Shown here in pieces: positions 38,289 to 51,289 of a DNA stretch of 64,000 nt. Location of the stretch: the NCBI GenBank assembly GCA_003693705.1, contig RBZT01000607.1:15778-79777 (forward strand), given 5' to 3'. Every line of letters starts with the position of its first letter. Positions within the stretch are counted from its first letter, which is position 1. Made by a program: the position numbers and the translations under genes. The notes beneath the pieces were generated by a model that was given only the letters and a program-made list of their open reading frames with translations, was not told the origin of the DNA and made no database searches. This DNA comes from Polymyxa betae A26-41. Taxonomy: Eukaryota > Protista > Endomyxa: Phytomyxea.

Positions 38289-39647
38289 CTATCGTCCCAT
38301 CTTGATATCGAAATCGCCATTCTTCATGGTGCTCGTTTTCGTCTTACGAAGTTCAACAGCATGTTCAAGGGCTTTCTGCTCTTCGCGTAATTCCATGAAA
38401 TTTGCCCACGACGGCGGATTGGTCTTCAGAAACCGCTGCAGTGAGTTCACCTCCATCAGCCTAACAAGCTGATCGGCGGCATCATCGAACATATCGTCCT
38501 CGACACGGAATCCGTCACGGGTTTTGAAAATCACATCGCGGAACTTCAACAATGTTGAGCTCGGTAGGTTGACCTCCAGAGGCGCCGTCGTAGAGAGAAA
38601 CTTATCGAATATACTCCATGCGTGATCACTGGTGGGGTCACCCCGAAACCCCATCACTTCTTTCCAGAACAGAAGATTCTCTACAGAAAACTCTTTCTCC
38701 AGATAGGCCTCAAACGCAGCAAACCCATTCTCTGTCAGCAGGAATAGTTCGAAATCGGACAGCGTCGTATTCGCTTGCGAGAAAGCGCTTCTCTCAGCCA
38801 CAGATATCATCCTCGTTGACTTCATCGCCGTCAGCCACGGTATCACAAATGCAATAGCGATCACGTAATCAGCTCCAATCAAGTTGATAAAATCTTGGAT
38901 ACCGAGCGGTGACGCCTGCATCAACTTATTCGATGCGACCAGATAGAACGTGGTCGTACAGGTCGTGAACAATCCGATCCGTTTCAGCATGGCCTTGGTC
39001 CCAAACGCATCCTGGACGATTCGCAGTCGAAAACTCGTTACAACCAGGCAGCCGATCGTAACGAGATTCCGTCCCAAAAGCAAAGGCGTAAAATAAACGT
39101 ACGGCGACGGTGACAGCCCTGAAGCGACGTCGTCCAGCGGAATGGAATAGTAGTCCATGGGCTGCGCGTAACCGATCAGCACGCCCATCCAGACGGCCGT
39201 GTTGGCCCAGACCCAGCCGAATGCGAACCGATTGCTTAATAGGAACGATGACCATTTGATAGAGCGCATGAATGTATCAACATCAGCTGGTGTTGATGTA
39301 CTAGATGATGATAGAGCTTGATAGATGGCCATCTGCTCTTTAGTCTTGTTATAGGCAATATATTGTGATAGAGCGAATACGAAGAACGATTCATAGGCGA
39401 CCAGGAGGATGATTCCGCTGACGATCATATTCCACCAGAGGCCGAGATAATGTCCGATTCCATTTCGAAGAATCTGGTGCCATAAGAAGGCCACGCAGAC
39501 CGTCAGACATTGCGTGAACAACGCTGGGCGGCGTGATCGCAGAGGGTCGTACTGTCGCTTCTGCCAGTACAGCCATGGTAGTACCAGAGTCGGTAAATGA
39601 AGGACACCGAGGACAAGCCAGATGGCGACCTTGATGGAGTTCGCCAT
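38289..39647 (-). CDS. 7TM-RGS protein (AtRGS1/GprK-like architecture), 452 aa
   Basis: About seven hydrophobic segments, then an RGS box: GFAAFEAYLEKEFSVENLLFWKEV...IFDKFLSTTAPLEVNL...FDDAADQLVRLMEVNSLQRFL. Confidence 0.92.
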   Translation of the reverse strand: MANSIKVAIWLVLGVLHLPTLVLPWLYWQKRQYDPLRSRRPALFTQCLTVCVAFLWHQILRNGIGHYLGLWWNMIVSGIILLVAYESFFVFALSQYIAYNKTKEQMAIYQALSSSSTSTPADVDTFMRSIKWSSFLLSNRFAFGWVWANTAVWMGVLIGYAQPMDYYSIPLDDVASGLSPSPYVYFTPLLLGRNLVTIGCLVVTSFRLRIVQDAFGTKAMLKRIGLFTTCTTTFYLVASNKLMQASPLGIQDFINLIGADYVIAIAFVIPWLTAMKSTRMISVAERSAFSQANTTLSDFELFLLTENGFAAFEAYLEKEFSVENLLFWKEVMGFRGDPTSDHAWSIFDKFLSTTAPLEVNLPSSTLLKFRDVIFKTRDGFRVEDDMFDDAADQLVRLMEVNSLQRFLKTNPPSWANFMELREEQKALEHAVELRKTKTSTMKNGDFDIKMGR

Positions 39648-42600
39648 CGGTTTCCGGTACGGGCAACGACCGCGGATATCTCGGCAGATATTCAGAGAGA
39701 AGGATTTCCTAGATAGAATCAGAGGCCTGTTTCATGTCAATTGTTCGGATAGAGATTACCTGAGATACGGTCTTACAAGTTGAATTGAGGAAGAGGGTCT
39801 TGATTGAGCGCCTTCTCGAGCCCTTCTGCTGTCTATCCCTAACGAATCGCGGTTGACATTTTGATGGCAAACTGTATCTGAGAAGGAGATCACTCATTTT
39901 AGTCTGTCCTGTCTTTGGATTCCAGCAATTTATATGTGGATTTTTCTAGAATTTTGTGCATCATTCCAGAGTCGGACGGAATTCGTTGTCAACGAAGTGC
40001 ACACAGAATTTTTCTTCTCTGTTGCAAAGTGAAGAAAACGCAGAACCTTGAGAGCAGGAGCAATGAGCAAACTCGATGAATTCCGAAAACAAACATGCGG
40101 GCCCGACTCGATAGCTTCTGGTAGTCTGTCGAGCCTGCTGATGTACGATGGTGAGCCCATACAAAATATATCCCCCATAAGGTCGAGCAAATGTGGAACC
40201 CTAAACCCTGGTTCAATTCAGGTTCGTGCTGGTCTCGCTATATCGTCCTTTGGGAAGCAGCGCCTCTCTGCAATGCTTTTCATTCCACGCCTCTGTTCAT
40301 TTTATGTTCACCGGGTCGTTCTATCACAGCAAAAGCTGTGTCCGCCCACTATCCATTAAATCACATCGCTCCATTCGGCTCTTCGATCACAAAGACCTGT
40401 TGACGTATCGACGCCCCCTCGTCGCCTAACACCAAAACGGCGGCCGAAGCGCGCCGACAGGAAACCCCATCACTCTTGATGATTGCGAAAGTGCGTGATT
40501 GTAATAAGCTGTTCGAGCTCAAGGGGGGAGTCGTCGTCGGCGGTAGTCCCCATATAGGCACAGACACGCAGGGACTTCGGGCCCGGCTTGGTCGTTGACC
40601 CATCAATCAGCAGAGATCGTCCCTTTCCCCATCATTCCCGTCGATGTCGGTCGAGCCGGTGTTGGGGGCCGACGGTGGATTCGGCAGGGCGTATACAGGT
40701 CCGTCTGGAGCCCATTCCTTCTGACCGAGCTTTTTACAGTAGCAAAGCAGGTGATGGATTCGACAAAATATGGGATATTATTATTTCATTTCGCTCTGAT
40801 TTTAAACCCGACCAATTGAGTTTTTTTTATCCCCCGAACATCAATTATACTATTTATACACCTCATACAACATCATTTTTGATTGTTGAAACCACGCAGG
40901 AATAAATACACCAATATTATCAGCGCCAGCATAACACATCTAGGCACACCCACATCACAACGCGCTATTGGAAAATTTCTGGAAAATGGAAGCTCCATTT
41001 TTTGACCAATTTTTTGATCAATGATCAATACAATGATCAAGTCCGTAGTGCCTGCCACCATTATAACAGCTGTCAATTATCAGCGATGACTTCCCTGAAA
41101 TTTCATATTCGATCTGAATCTACTCATGACAGACTTTGCATCCGATGATATTTGTCGGCAACTACAAATATGAATTCTCGTCTAACTACAGGAACGGCCA
41201 AAATAGTATAGATGCAGCCAATGGCGTACATCTAAAAAGCGATCCTCTTTATGTTCTGCTGCAAAGGGCAAAGATCACACTTGTGGTCCCCAACGGGGAG
41301 GGTCTTCATTCTGCATGATCTACTTCCTCGGTCCCTTGAAGAAACTGCAGAGCGCCAGCGTCATCAATGCGGTAGAAGATGAGATCGCCGCCATCGAGAA
41401 CGATTACGACACCATTGAGTACATGCCGAAAAGGGGCGTGAGGTTTTTTAAAATTTGGATTCTATGATTGGTCTGACAAGCATGTTCCGTTTTTTAGCCG
41501 AATCTGTTTGGTTTAGAAATGTCTTGTTTGAATTTGGATTTTCACTTTCAGGTCCAACTATGCTTTATCAAGATAATTATGGTTCGATATCATTTGCGAT
41601 GGGCATTGAGGAAGGCGGGATCGACTAGTATCAACGGTAAATGCATATGTAAGATAAAGGGAATCAGATGCTTTCGGCGAACGTGTCGTCTCGGTTCCTA
41701 TCGGTGTTTTCCACCCAATCACCCGTTAAGGATGTCATAAGACGTTCTACCGTGCCTTTGGGATAATCCAAAGGAGTTCGCGCCTGCATTGTTCACCAAG
41801 GATCCGGCTCGCATTTTAGACTGCAGACTACGAAATTCCGATCACAGACTATCGTTCCTTCGTTTGGAATTGAATCCATTCCAATCTCTACGATTGTCAG
41901 AGCCGCAATGCTGAAAGGGTTTATTTTGGCTATGCAAGATGCCGCAAAATTACTCGATGGCCGGCTTGACGACCTTCTAGACGACATCATGAAATCCACC
42001 GCAGCAGCAGTTGATTCCGTTCCAAATTAAATCTTCAGTATTCGCCACGACCTCCATTCCGCCTGCGTTGAAATATAACCAAGTCGGTAGCCAGAGCCTA
42101 CGACTGCATCTGGAAGGCAATCCCAAAGCGACGACAGTTGGGTCGCAAATTGTGACCCCCAAAAATGATCCGGCATCTCCGCCTGTCCGAAAAAGTACAA
42201 TAACCAAAAACATCGCGGTTATCATTACTTCAAAATGGTTATAGGTGCTCAGAAACAGACGATATCATCCGGCAACGTCCTCAAAAAACCATTAGAAAGT
42301 CCAGGAGACCGCCAGTTCCAGTTTGACAAAAAAACTGAAACTCGTGGCTGCGTGCTTCCATATTTCGGGGAAAAAGGGCAGACTGTATCAACATGGACTG
42401 CCTTTGGGGATCTTGTCCGAGACAAAATCAATCTTAGCGATGAGGGCTGGAAATCAACTTGCAGCAAGCATCTCGCTAATATCAGTGACAAAGGAGACCC
42501 ATCCCCGTGCAGTCTATGGTTAAAAAGTTCAAAAACAAAACCCAAAAAGTTCCAGATGCTGCTGGACACGTCCGAACAGGTCAAACAGGTTGCGTGCAAA

Positions 42601-44501
42601 TCTGCGCCTACACCGACGCGTGCTCACGCCAATGTGAGCAAAAAACACCAGTTAACCGTTATACCAATCAATTGTATAAATCACCACTAATATGATTCAC
42701 ATAGGCACACAATTGGGGGATACAATTACAAAAACGGGAGGAGCGAATAGAGCTGTTTTGTATCAACGAAACGAACAACTTCAAGAGTGACGATAGAACC
42801 AAAGATAATGGTCATCCGTACAAGCGTTCTGGTTTTAAAACCGCGACGCTCTTTCGAAAACCCTGCAATCAAACTGGGACCCCAGCCGTCAGTTTAAGTC
42901 AGACTTTAAGCCCGCGCCATCTGGGTGTTATAGCGGGAGTCAACGAAGAACTTAGATAAAATTCATTTTCAAAGGCGACCGACTTTTAGAAGAATTTCAT
43001 CTGTCGAGGGAGCGAATTAAGGAAAACACCGTCACGGGATGGCAATATTTTTTTCTTGTCGTAGGGTTAAATACTTTTAATTTATTGATTTTAGTTAGCG
43101 GCTAAGAGCGAAACCTATGGCGGCCGAAAACGGCGTCAGCCCGCAGGCGGGAGAACAGGCGGGCCCGAAAGTCGGGCATCGAACGGTTTCTTCCTACGCT
43201 CCGTTAAGGCCGTTATGACCGATCATCAAGCCCAGGCTCTGCCAGGAACCGATCAGGCCCAACAGAGGCCTTTTCGGACTTCTACAGAGAGCTATTTTAC
43301 TCAGGATCTCAACACGCCGCAAGAGTTAGTCGGTAACGCCTCCGCCGACCGACAAGACTGTCTATAACCGAAGAGGGGAGGTGCTGCCTGTAAACACAAT
43401 CTGCTGGCAGTATTATCCCGCCTGGAACTGCTCGACCAGACAAACGATGATCGACAAGTTGTCGTCTTCAACGTACCGCAATGTGTCATTAAATCTAAAG
43501 GATTACTCGCCCTATGTTCGGGACCAAAACCAGCCCAGGCCTTTCCTATGTACTGGCTACCGGACTACGTAATCGGGCGGCGGGTACGAAATCCAGTGGC
43601 TATTCTCATTAAGGAGGCAAGCCTAGAGGAGAAAGAGAGAAGAAATTTTTTATACAGGATGCAACTCCCGCCCGATAACTCGAGAAACATTCTTGTCGAC
43701 ATGAACTTGCCCCGAAGTCTTGAGACGGCCTTGAGTTAGAACGGCTTTCGTCAGGACATCAGCGATCATCTTCTGCCCGTCACAGAGACTTGGCAGTTGG
43801 GAGGCGGCCAGAGCGTGAGAAGATTTTTGAAGAATCGATTTAAAGATTTGAGGAATGTCTTCTTTCAGTTTTCCAATTTTATCCAAGTAAAATTATATGA
43901 TTTTTACCTTTGCAGAATACTAGAATCTCGTGACGGATATCACGAAGTGACTCTACTTGGTAGAGCTGAATACAAAATCTTGGAATGAGATAGTTTAAAC
44001 AACCCGAGTGGTGTAGTACCATCAGCCCTGCTCACTCTTCTCTTAACCTCCAGGGACTAGCATCGAAATTCGGGCATCGAACAAATCTGGATTAAACACG
44101 ATAAAGAACATTCTAGATCACGAATGGAAAGCTGCAAACAGGAAGTGCGCCGATATATCCAAACCTTAACTGTCTATATCTTCCATAATTAACTGTACGT
44201 ATAATACAATCAGTCTTGTGTACCTAGGGTTTAGGGGTTACGGGGATTTATGGAGGATTTTGTTATCGGTTGGTATGTTTAACAAGGTAACTGTGTCCTG
44301 CTACATTATGGTCTTGCACTGGATCGTTTTTGGTTTGTATCGAGTAAGCTCGGTTGAACCTTTTAGCGTATCCAAGGATTGGGTACACAAATGCGATTGC
44401 GAAAGAATGAAAAACCCAACCCCGAAACCCTAACTCTTGTTGTTTTCATTCTTCTTCCTCTTGTTTGCTCAGCTCACAGACACATCTCGTCGTATCGACT
44501 T

Positions 44502-44621
44502 AAAAACATATGAACTCGACAATTCCGTGAGGGGTCGGGCCCAGCGCAAGGGTAAATGCGTCGCCAACCTCACCCATTATATGGGTGTAACATCTAGATA
44601 AATCCAATCCAATCCAGTCCA
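44502..44621 (+). mobile_element. 120-bp retroposed element with (AATCC)n tail
   Basis: 13-bp TSD GTCGTATCGACTT at 44489-44501 and 44622-44634. Same helix architecture and tail as the LINE 3' ends. Confidence 0.85.
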
Positions 44622-45533
44622 GTCGTATCGACTTGCGTTTATTGAGGTCGTCTAATACGTATAAAAAGCAAGATAGCAAGGTTTATTGAAAACTGCGATT
44701 TAATAGAGATCATGAATGTCTTGCAGAGCAAGTACGCATTGATGCAGGAGTGAACGAGTGCGCGGTTGGGACGGCTCAGTAAAAAGTATCCCAACATATA
44801 TTCGATCAATAATTTGCAATCCAGTTTGAATACAAAATACATGAAAATTCGCCGACGAATTCCTATATTGTGTTGATGCTTTATACGAAGAGCCAGATAC
44901 GGAATCTTAAATGCAGGTCTGAAGGATGACGGAGATGTTTGGCTGTTGAGGCGGCATCAGCAGATCTCACTCCCATTCTAACTTCAATAGTATATTGAAA
45001 TCCGTGATGCGTCCATCAGGAATCAAATCGGGCTCTGCAATATCGGGCCCAATAAACCCACTCTGCTGAACTCGGGTGTATCCGGGGACCAGGTCAAGGT
45101 GATAGTCCGGCCATCTGCTTTAAATAGCAACCTACACGGTCGAACAACCACCGAGAACTTCATAAAATGGTCGTGGGTGTCGGAGCGATCGCCTTAGCAC
45201 GAGACTCGAGGCGGTGACAGACCATGGATGTTGCCGGGACTGAACGACAAGGTCAGCACGCCAGCGGCCATAGCCAAAAACCGCGGCCAGAAGCGACATC
45301 TAGATGGGATGCAGCGTGGCGCCGTTCCTGCTGGATGAGAGAAGAGTATGTCGCTCTTTCGTAACGGAGATGATGGGGACAGCGGAGCTGCAAGTCTCCA
45401 TCTCTCGAATCGGTCGCGGAAGCGTGGCCTCCTTTCAGACTTCGAAAGTTCTCATCTTTTTTTAAAACAATTTTCTGAGTTTCGTTGCGGAGTGAGTGAC
45501 CCTCACGGGGGCGCAGCCCACCATCTCTTAATA

Positions 45534-46445
45534 ATGTTACCATGCCAGGCTCAGAAAGTATTGAGAGCTTTGTTTAACAACAAGGCGACCAGCGATCTGA
45601 TCCTGGACCTGGATGGGCGCCAATTCTTCGTCCATCAGGATGTGATTGTGGCCGAGAGTGAGCTCGTCCAGCAGTACTTGCTCGACGACACCGACGACGA
45701 GAACCGCGACCCCGGCTCCCGTCCCATAGTGCGCCTGAAACTGCCCAAGATCGGCAGCCCCATGAAGCACCCCGACGACCCTCCTATGTCTCCTGAATCT
45801 TATTTCGAACTATATCTGAAATATGTATATGGAATTGAGACGCCCGATATCGACTATCCTGTTCGAGCGTGCTGTATCGCTGAGATCGCTGATTATATGA
45901 TCTCACGTAATATCAAAGATCAGTGCGATGATGTTCTTGGTGAAGTTACTGTAAGCCATTCTCAAGATCGCTGGCATACATTGTTCTTCTTTGCCAAGCG
46001 CTTAGGGCTTCTAAAGACTAAAGATAAAACCCTGAATGATGTTCTCGAACAATTCGGCCTTGAGAATGTTCTCGCTTCTTTACAGTTGGTCGATGTTAAG
46101 CGATTCAAAGAGCTAATTTTGGATATTCCATGCGATGAATTTCAGCAATTTCACGCCCTTGTACGCTACACGGCCAAGCTGGAGCCGAATATCGATTTGA
46201 GCGCCAATAATTTGGCGCCAATCGTCCTGTACGATGAAGCTATGGTGGCTTGCCTTCAAGACGTTTACAGAACCATTTCGAGACGATGGAAGACTCGGTC
46301 CATCATTCTCGAGGTCGCTCGCGTCACTAATCTGATATCTGCAGACGAATGGGCGAAGAAGGGAGCCAGGTCGGACTGCTGTCTGCATCGGGTCCTGTCG
46401 CAAGCGATATGTGATCTTCTCAGAGAGGGTGTTCCCATCCTTTAG
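45534..46445 (+). CDS. BTB/POZ domain protein, 303 aa (ORF is open from 45348)
   Basis: KVLRALFNNKATSDLILDLDGRQFFVHQDVIVAES...FELYLKYVYG...IAEIADYM. Same length and motifs as the other BTB paralogues. Confidence 0.9.
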   Translation: MLPCQAQKVLRALFNNKATSDLILDLDGRQFFVHQDVIVAESELVQQYLLDDTDDENRDPGSRPIVRLKLPKIGSPMKHPDDPPMSPESYFELYLKYVYGIETPDIDYPVRACCIAEIADYMISRNIKDQCDDVLGEVTVSHSQDRWHTLFFFAKRLGLLKTKDKTLNDVLEQFGLENVLASLQLVDVKRFKELILDIPCDEFQQFHALVRYTAKLEPNIDLSANNLAPIVLYDEAMVACLQDVYRTISRRWKTRSIILEVARVTNLISADEWAKKGARSDCCLHRVLSQAICDLLREGVPIL

Positions 46446-48752
46446 CAATTGCCAGATCGGTATCTCTCTTCGAAATCTGCTGATGCTGCTAATGTTTCTG
46501 TATAAATATTCTGATTTACAACGGAAAGATCTTTGATCTTGCATTTCATTTTTTTTTTTTCATTTCTGCTTCTTCTCAATGTAAGAATTTTTGCCCATTG
46601 TGCTGAGTGTTTTTTGTAGAGATTTGAAAAGCTTGCTACCGAATGCTGTCTACATGTGGCTGTGCTATTGACTACAGAGATCTCAGATCTCTGAGCACGA
46701 AATACCAAACCTCGAAGACGTTTTCTGAAACGGATTCCTGATCTTGATCATGACCTTTCAGAGGCTCGCGATATCATGGCTCATTTTGTGCTTTGACATG
46801 TAGAGGCTTCATATTCTTGCCGGTTCGGGATTTAGCGAGCCGCATCGGTGAATAGTAAAAACAATTGTCAAAAAGCAATCAAACGATGTTGATGGCAGAA
46901 TCGAGTACGAGATGATTCTTCAAGAAGGTCGTATCGGAAATTTGTAGTGCAAATATAAATCTTAACATGTCGTAATCCGACATAGATGTGTTAGCTTCAA
47001 ATGCTCCCAGGAAGTCATCCGGAACTTCCTGGGATGCACAGTCAAACACACTCCAAGGTAGCTGATTTCTTTCATAGCTGCCAAATGGCCCCCTCGTTCG
47101 AAGATTAAATGGAAGGGAGACCGTTTCTATCCCCGATTATTCAAAAAGATATTCTCCGCAAGACACTTTCCGGATGTTTTTGAAGTCATAAAACGTCAGT
47201 TTGGCAGACAAATAGCACCAATCAGGACTTTAGACACTGTATCTTTCCCTTTGGTTATTCACAATGTCGGAAAATAGACTTTAACCAGACCATTATTCCG
47301 CGTAAACATAAAGTAATCTCTAATAGGTACGGCATGTTCGGAATGCGAATTGCAAAATATATCTTGATCTCAGATTAGCGGCCATCGATTAGAAAAAGCA
47401 AGACCAAAAACGATGGTTGTCAGATATCTTTGCACAACGACTCGAACATTAGCAGGTAAACGGTTGCGAGATCATCATAGGGGGATGGAGACGAGTTAAT
47501 CCGACACCAAAGGTAGAACATCCATAGAATAGTGTGTTTAAAATATCAAATAATGTGATTCATGAATACTACTCCACTGGAAATGCCAAGCAGCCTTACC
47601 TAGTATTTCGATGTGTGCGAATGGGCACTGTCAAGGCGAGCGACAGTGAGAAGAGAGGAACCGTCTGTTGCAGATGGGAGCGCTGCAGTGACGAATCTGG
47701 AAGTTGGTGAATGGGCCGCCGCATTTATCGGATCGACTCATCCGCAACTATGACAACAGCAGAAGCAAGGCCTGTTCACGTCTCTCAACGGCAGTAAGGG
47801 TAAGGCTAGTTCACCTCTTCCAGCCTTACATGTGATATATCGTATTGTGTGAATCAATTGTTTGTGAGATATGACAAACCCTGATTTGACACCACGGTAC
47901 AAGGTTCTGGCCATCGGGCTCTTTTCGGACTGCAACTTACACCACCACATTCGTTTTCCCAACGAACGCGAATCTTGAGCAATGATTCTTAAACATATGT
48001 TGCTCTATGAGATGTAGACCACTATTTCGCAATCTCTAAAGGTCTCTGACGAGGGGGGGATTCGTTTGGAGAGAGTGTTGGCCCACTTTTTCAATCTCAG
48101 CCAATTGGAGGGTGTTTGTTTCGGACGTGCTGTCTGCTCTCAAGAGAATCATTGGGGTGCGATACAAAAAAGCGATTACGAAGCTCGCTGGAATTTCAGC
48201 AAAATCAGGACAGATTTCCCATCTTGGCATAGAGAGGCGAACGCTATCGAAGAAGCATTCACCTGTTGAGATCAAAAATGCTCTATATAATTGGAAGATT
48301 GCTTGGTGAAATATTGCCCAAACTTTATGCCTATTCCAAGCTCTGTTCGTTACAGAGAATCCAGAACTGGATGCTGCAGTTTTTTCAACCGCGAGAGCTG
48401 TCAGAAAAAATCCATTCAGCATCGACAGGAATTTCACGCAACAGCTGAGAAATCAAGAGCCAGCTCGGAGTAAAGGAATCAGATATCCCAGAAGTGGGTA
48501 CTGATTCCAGTACGCCCACACTGATAGGAAACAGGTTCGTCGGCGTCACTCTCCATCGCATCGTATTGAAGTAGAATCATCGATAACGTCTCCAAATCAT
48601 CATCGAAGGATGGATCTGATGAGGACGTATCCTGGTAGAATCCCTTGTTGGATTAAACGCCATGATACCTGTGAGCTCGGTGATTTAGGTCGACGGTTAT
48701 GTTAGCTACGGGCTTTGCCGCAAATGCCAAAGACAGAATACCACGCTTGGCG

Positions 48753-50460
48753 ATGGTTGGCGGCCCAGCGATTCCCGTCCTGATATTGTGCCTGGCTGTG
48801 TGCTGGGCTGGATCCAGCGCAGGCCGAAGTCGTGATACAGACTCGCTGGAACAGATCCCTGATCGAGCCTCCCTTCCCGACCTCAATATTACAGACAGCC
48901 GAGTACGATTTCTGTCTCTGCAAGAAGTCTACTCTCGTTTACCTCAGGCTGGAACGGTATCAACATTATCATCTGTATTTCCCCATACAAATATTGCTCC
49001 GGCTCTGCCTTCTATTCAGGAAACTTTCTTTATCAAGTCTCATCTCTTTGAAATTTCTGAGATTTTTTGAATCAGGATGATGAACCTGTCCAAAATCTCT
49101 CCCGGAAACGTCTTCGTATCGACGAGACATCTTTGCTAACCAACCTTCCATGTTCGTATAATCACGATTTGTCCGATATCAATGACTATAACAGTCTCTG
49201 CAAGTTTCTGGTGAATTTTGTGACGCCGTTTCTGTCCGGTTGTTTATTGACTATAGTTTAGATCAAAGAGTCGAATGATGAGGAACTTCATTTTCTGTCT
49301 TCAAAGTCCGATGATGATGCAGGTCAATGCTCCACTATCAACCATCAATTAGTTATCAATGTGAAAGGACATGATCTGGATGTGAGCGAGATTAAACAGA
49401 TCCGTCATGCTCAGAGCACAGTGCAGAAGCTGATTCTGATCGCGAATCTGTATCGGAAATTGATCTGGGCCTCCCGGAAATATGAATGGGCTTGGAGGAA
49501 GGCTTATGGTATTATATGGTATTGGATGTATCAGGTTTGTCGTCCTGTACTCCGATGTGTCATGCAATGCTGTGAGAAAGATCTCCGGAGGTTTCAAACA
49601 ATCTGGGGGAATCCCTTGAGTCAATGGAAACTCTTTGAGGAATGTTCCGGAGATAATTGTCGACTGAAACTGTTAACTGCCGATCCGACTTTGAATCAGG
49701 TCCGAGATAGTTCTTTCATCTCTATTGACCGTCCTGGTCAAATACTTGACCCAAATCCATCTGTAAAACGGGTGAAATTTTGCTCACCGCCAAAGGATCT
49801 CCTACTGCCAGTGTTCTTTTTGTCAGAAATTCTGAAAATGTTTGATTTTGGGGTTGAGCACATCACAGATTACACTACTCTCTGCGCTTTTCTGGTGAGT
49901 TTTATGCACATTTGAATATGGAATCTCACGCTGAATCTGAAATTCAGAAAAAGCAGCCTGATGATGACGGATATGAATTTCTTACTGATACGAACATGAT
50001 GATCCCATCAAAGGCCAGAAATCAAGTTGCCAGAGACCCCATTATTATCAAAGTTCTCGATGATCAGCTCATATTGACCGAAACCTCGGAAATCTCATCT
50101 TCGAAAACCACGTTAGAGAAGTTGATTTTGGTGGCCAGTTTATGTCTGAGAACGGTTCGGGCCTCTACAAGTGCCGAAACTATGTTTTTTGATTGAGAGA
50201 TGAATCCATCAAATCAATGCGAATGTTATAAGATCGAAATCAATCAAACCCTATCAGCAAAGAGAAAATTACGTTACAGAATCAGAGTCTGTTCCGGTTC
50301 TGTTTATGAGATTGAACGGAATTGCCCGCCTGGTATTTACACATTCACATTCCTGCCAGATGGTCTTTTAATGTATCCCGTGATAACATGTGTTTTGTAT
50401 TGCCGTCAGAAGGATTCCTGGCTTTCCAGACTCGCAGCGGATTTCCTTTGTCTCTCATGA
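48753..50460 (+). pseudogene. Secreted protein with an internally duplicated domain; one frameshift and one in-frame stop
   Basis: Signal peptide MVGGPAIPVLILCLAVCWAGSSA. Introns 49211-49261 and 49895-49947 lie at equivalent positions in two repeats. Frameshift in a T-run at ~49065 and TGA at 50194-50196. Confidence 0.65.
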
Positions 50461-51289
50461 TTTAAACCTTCATCTGGATCCCGTTGCTGTCAGTACAGGG
50501 TGACAGCGACAGGCTGGTTTGAGAATCGCTTCAGCTACGAACAGTCGGCCTGAGTTAATATCTGCAGATTTTATTCTTCCAGCTGATTATCAAGTTCGAC
50601 ACGATCTCATGCAACTGCGAATTGCTGCACAGATAATCGAATAGTAAAGATTGCGGGTTCTTGAAGAGTGAGTTGAAGCTTAATGCGCCACAGATCTCAT
50701 ACGTGATTTTAAATCAGCTGTCGATTCTTGCTGATCGGACAAGCGGGATCCAGTACGTCTGCGGCAACCAGGTTTACGCAGCCCAGTGTTGTTTGAGCCC
50801 TGCTCATAGACGTACTTCACAGCAGAATCTTCTCTAAAGCGGTTTTTACGGGCAACAAGAGATTGAAGATGTGCTCCTGTTCAGGTGACGAAAGTGTCTC
50901 ATTAAAGAGGATCAGTATCATAGAAGGTGTTGAGACAGAAAATTTATTAAAAGACCGAGTAAGTCACGGTGATTTCGCGATGTCAATAATGGAGTCAATG
51001 CAGTAATCACTGGACTGTAAGAAATATATGCAACAATACAAGATTCACCAATGTCATCCTCACAATCCCATTCACAAGACTCATCCGGATTTCTAAACAG
51101 AGCTGAATGTGCTGGAAAGATTTCAGGAGAAGATCTCCCCGACTTTGTAGCTCGGCGACTGCCATTTGATCCGATCTATTGAAAACAGGGACACTGTTCA
51201 ATTTGGCTGTTTTCTCTCACGCCATCAAAATCGTGGATCTGTATTGTAGAAAACTGAGAAGAATCTCAAAAAACTATACAGCAGAAACT

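Noticed and set aside
40300-44200. Coding-like fragments with possible splice sites
   Set aside because: Could not build a consistent model or assign a family; probably decayed genes or TEs
46700-48650. Short ORFs and an 11-bp inverted repeat near 47005
   Set aside because: No supportable identity
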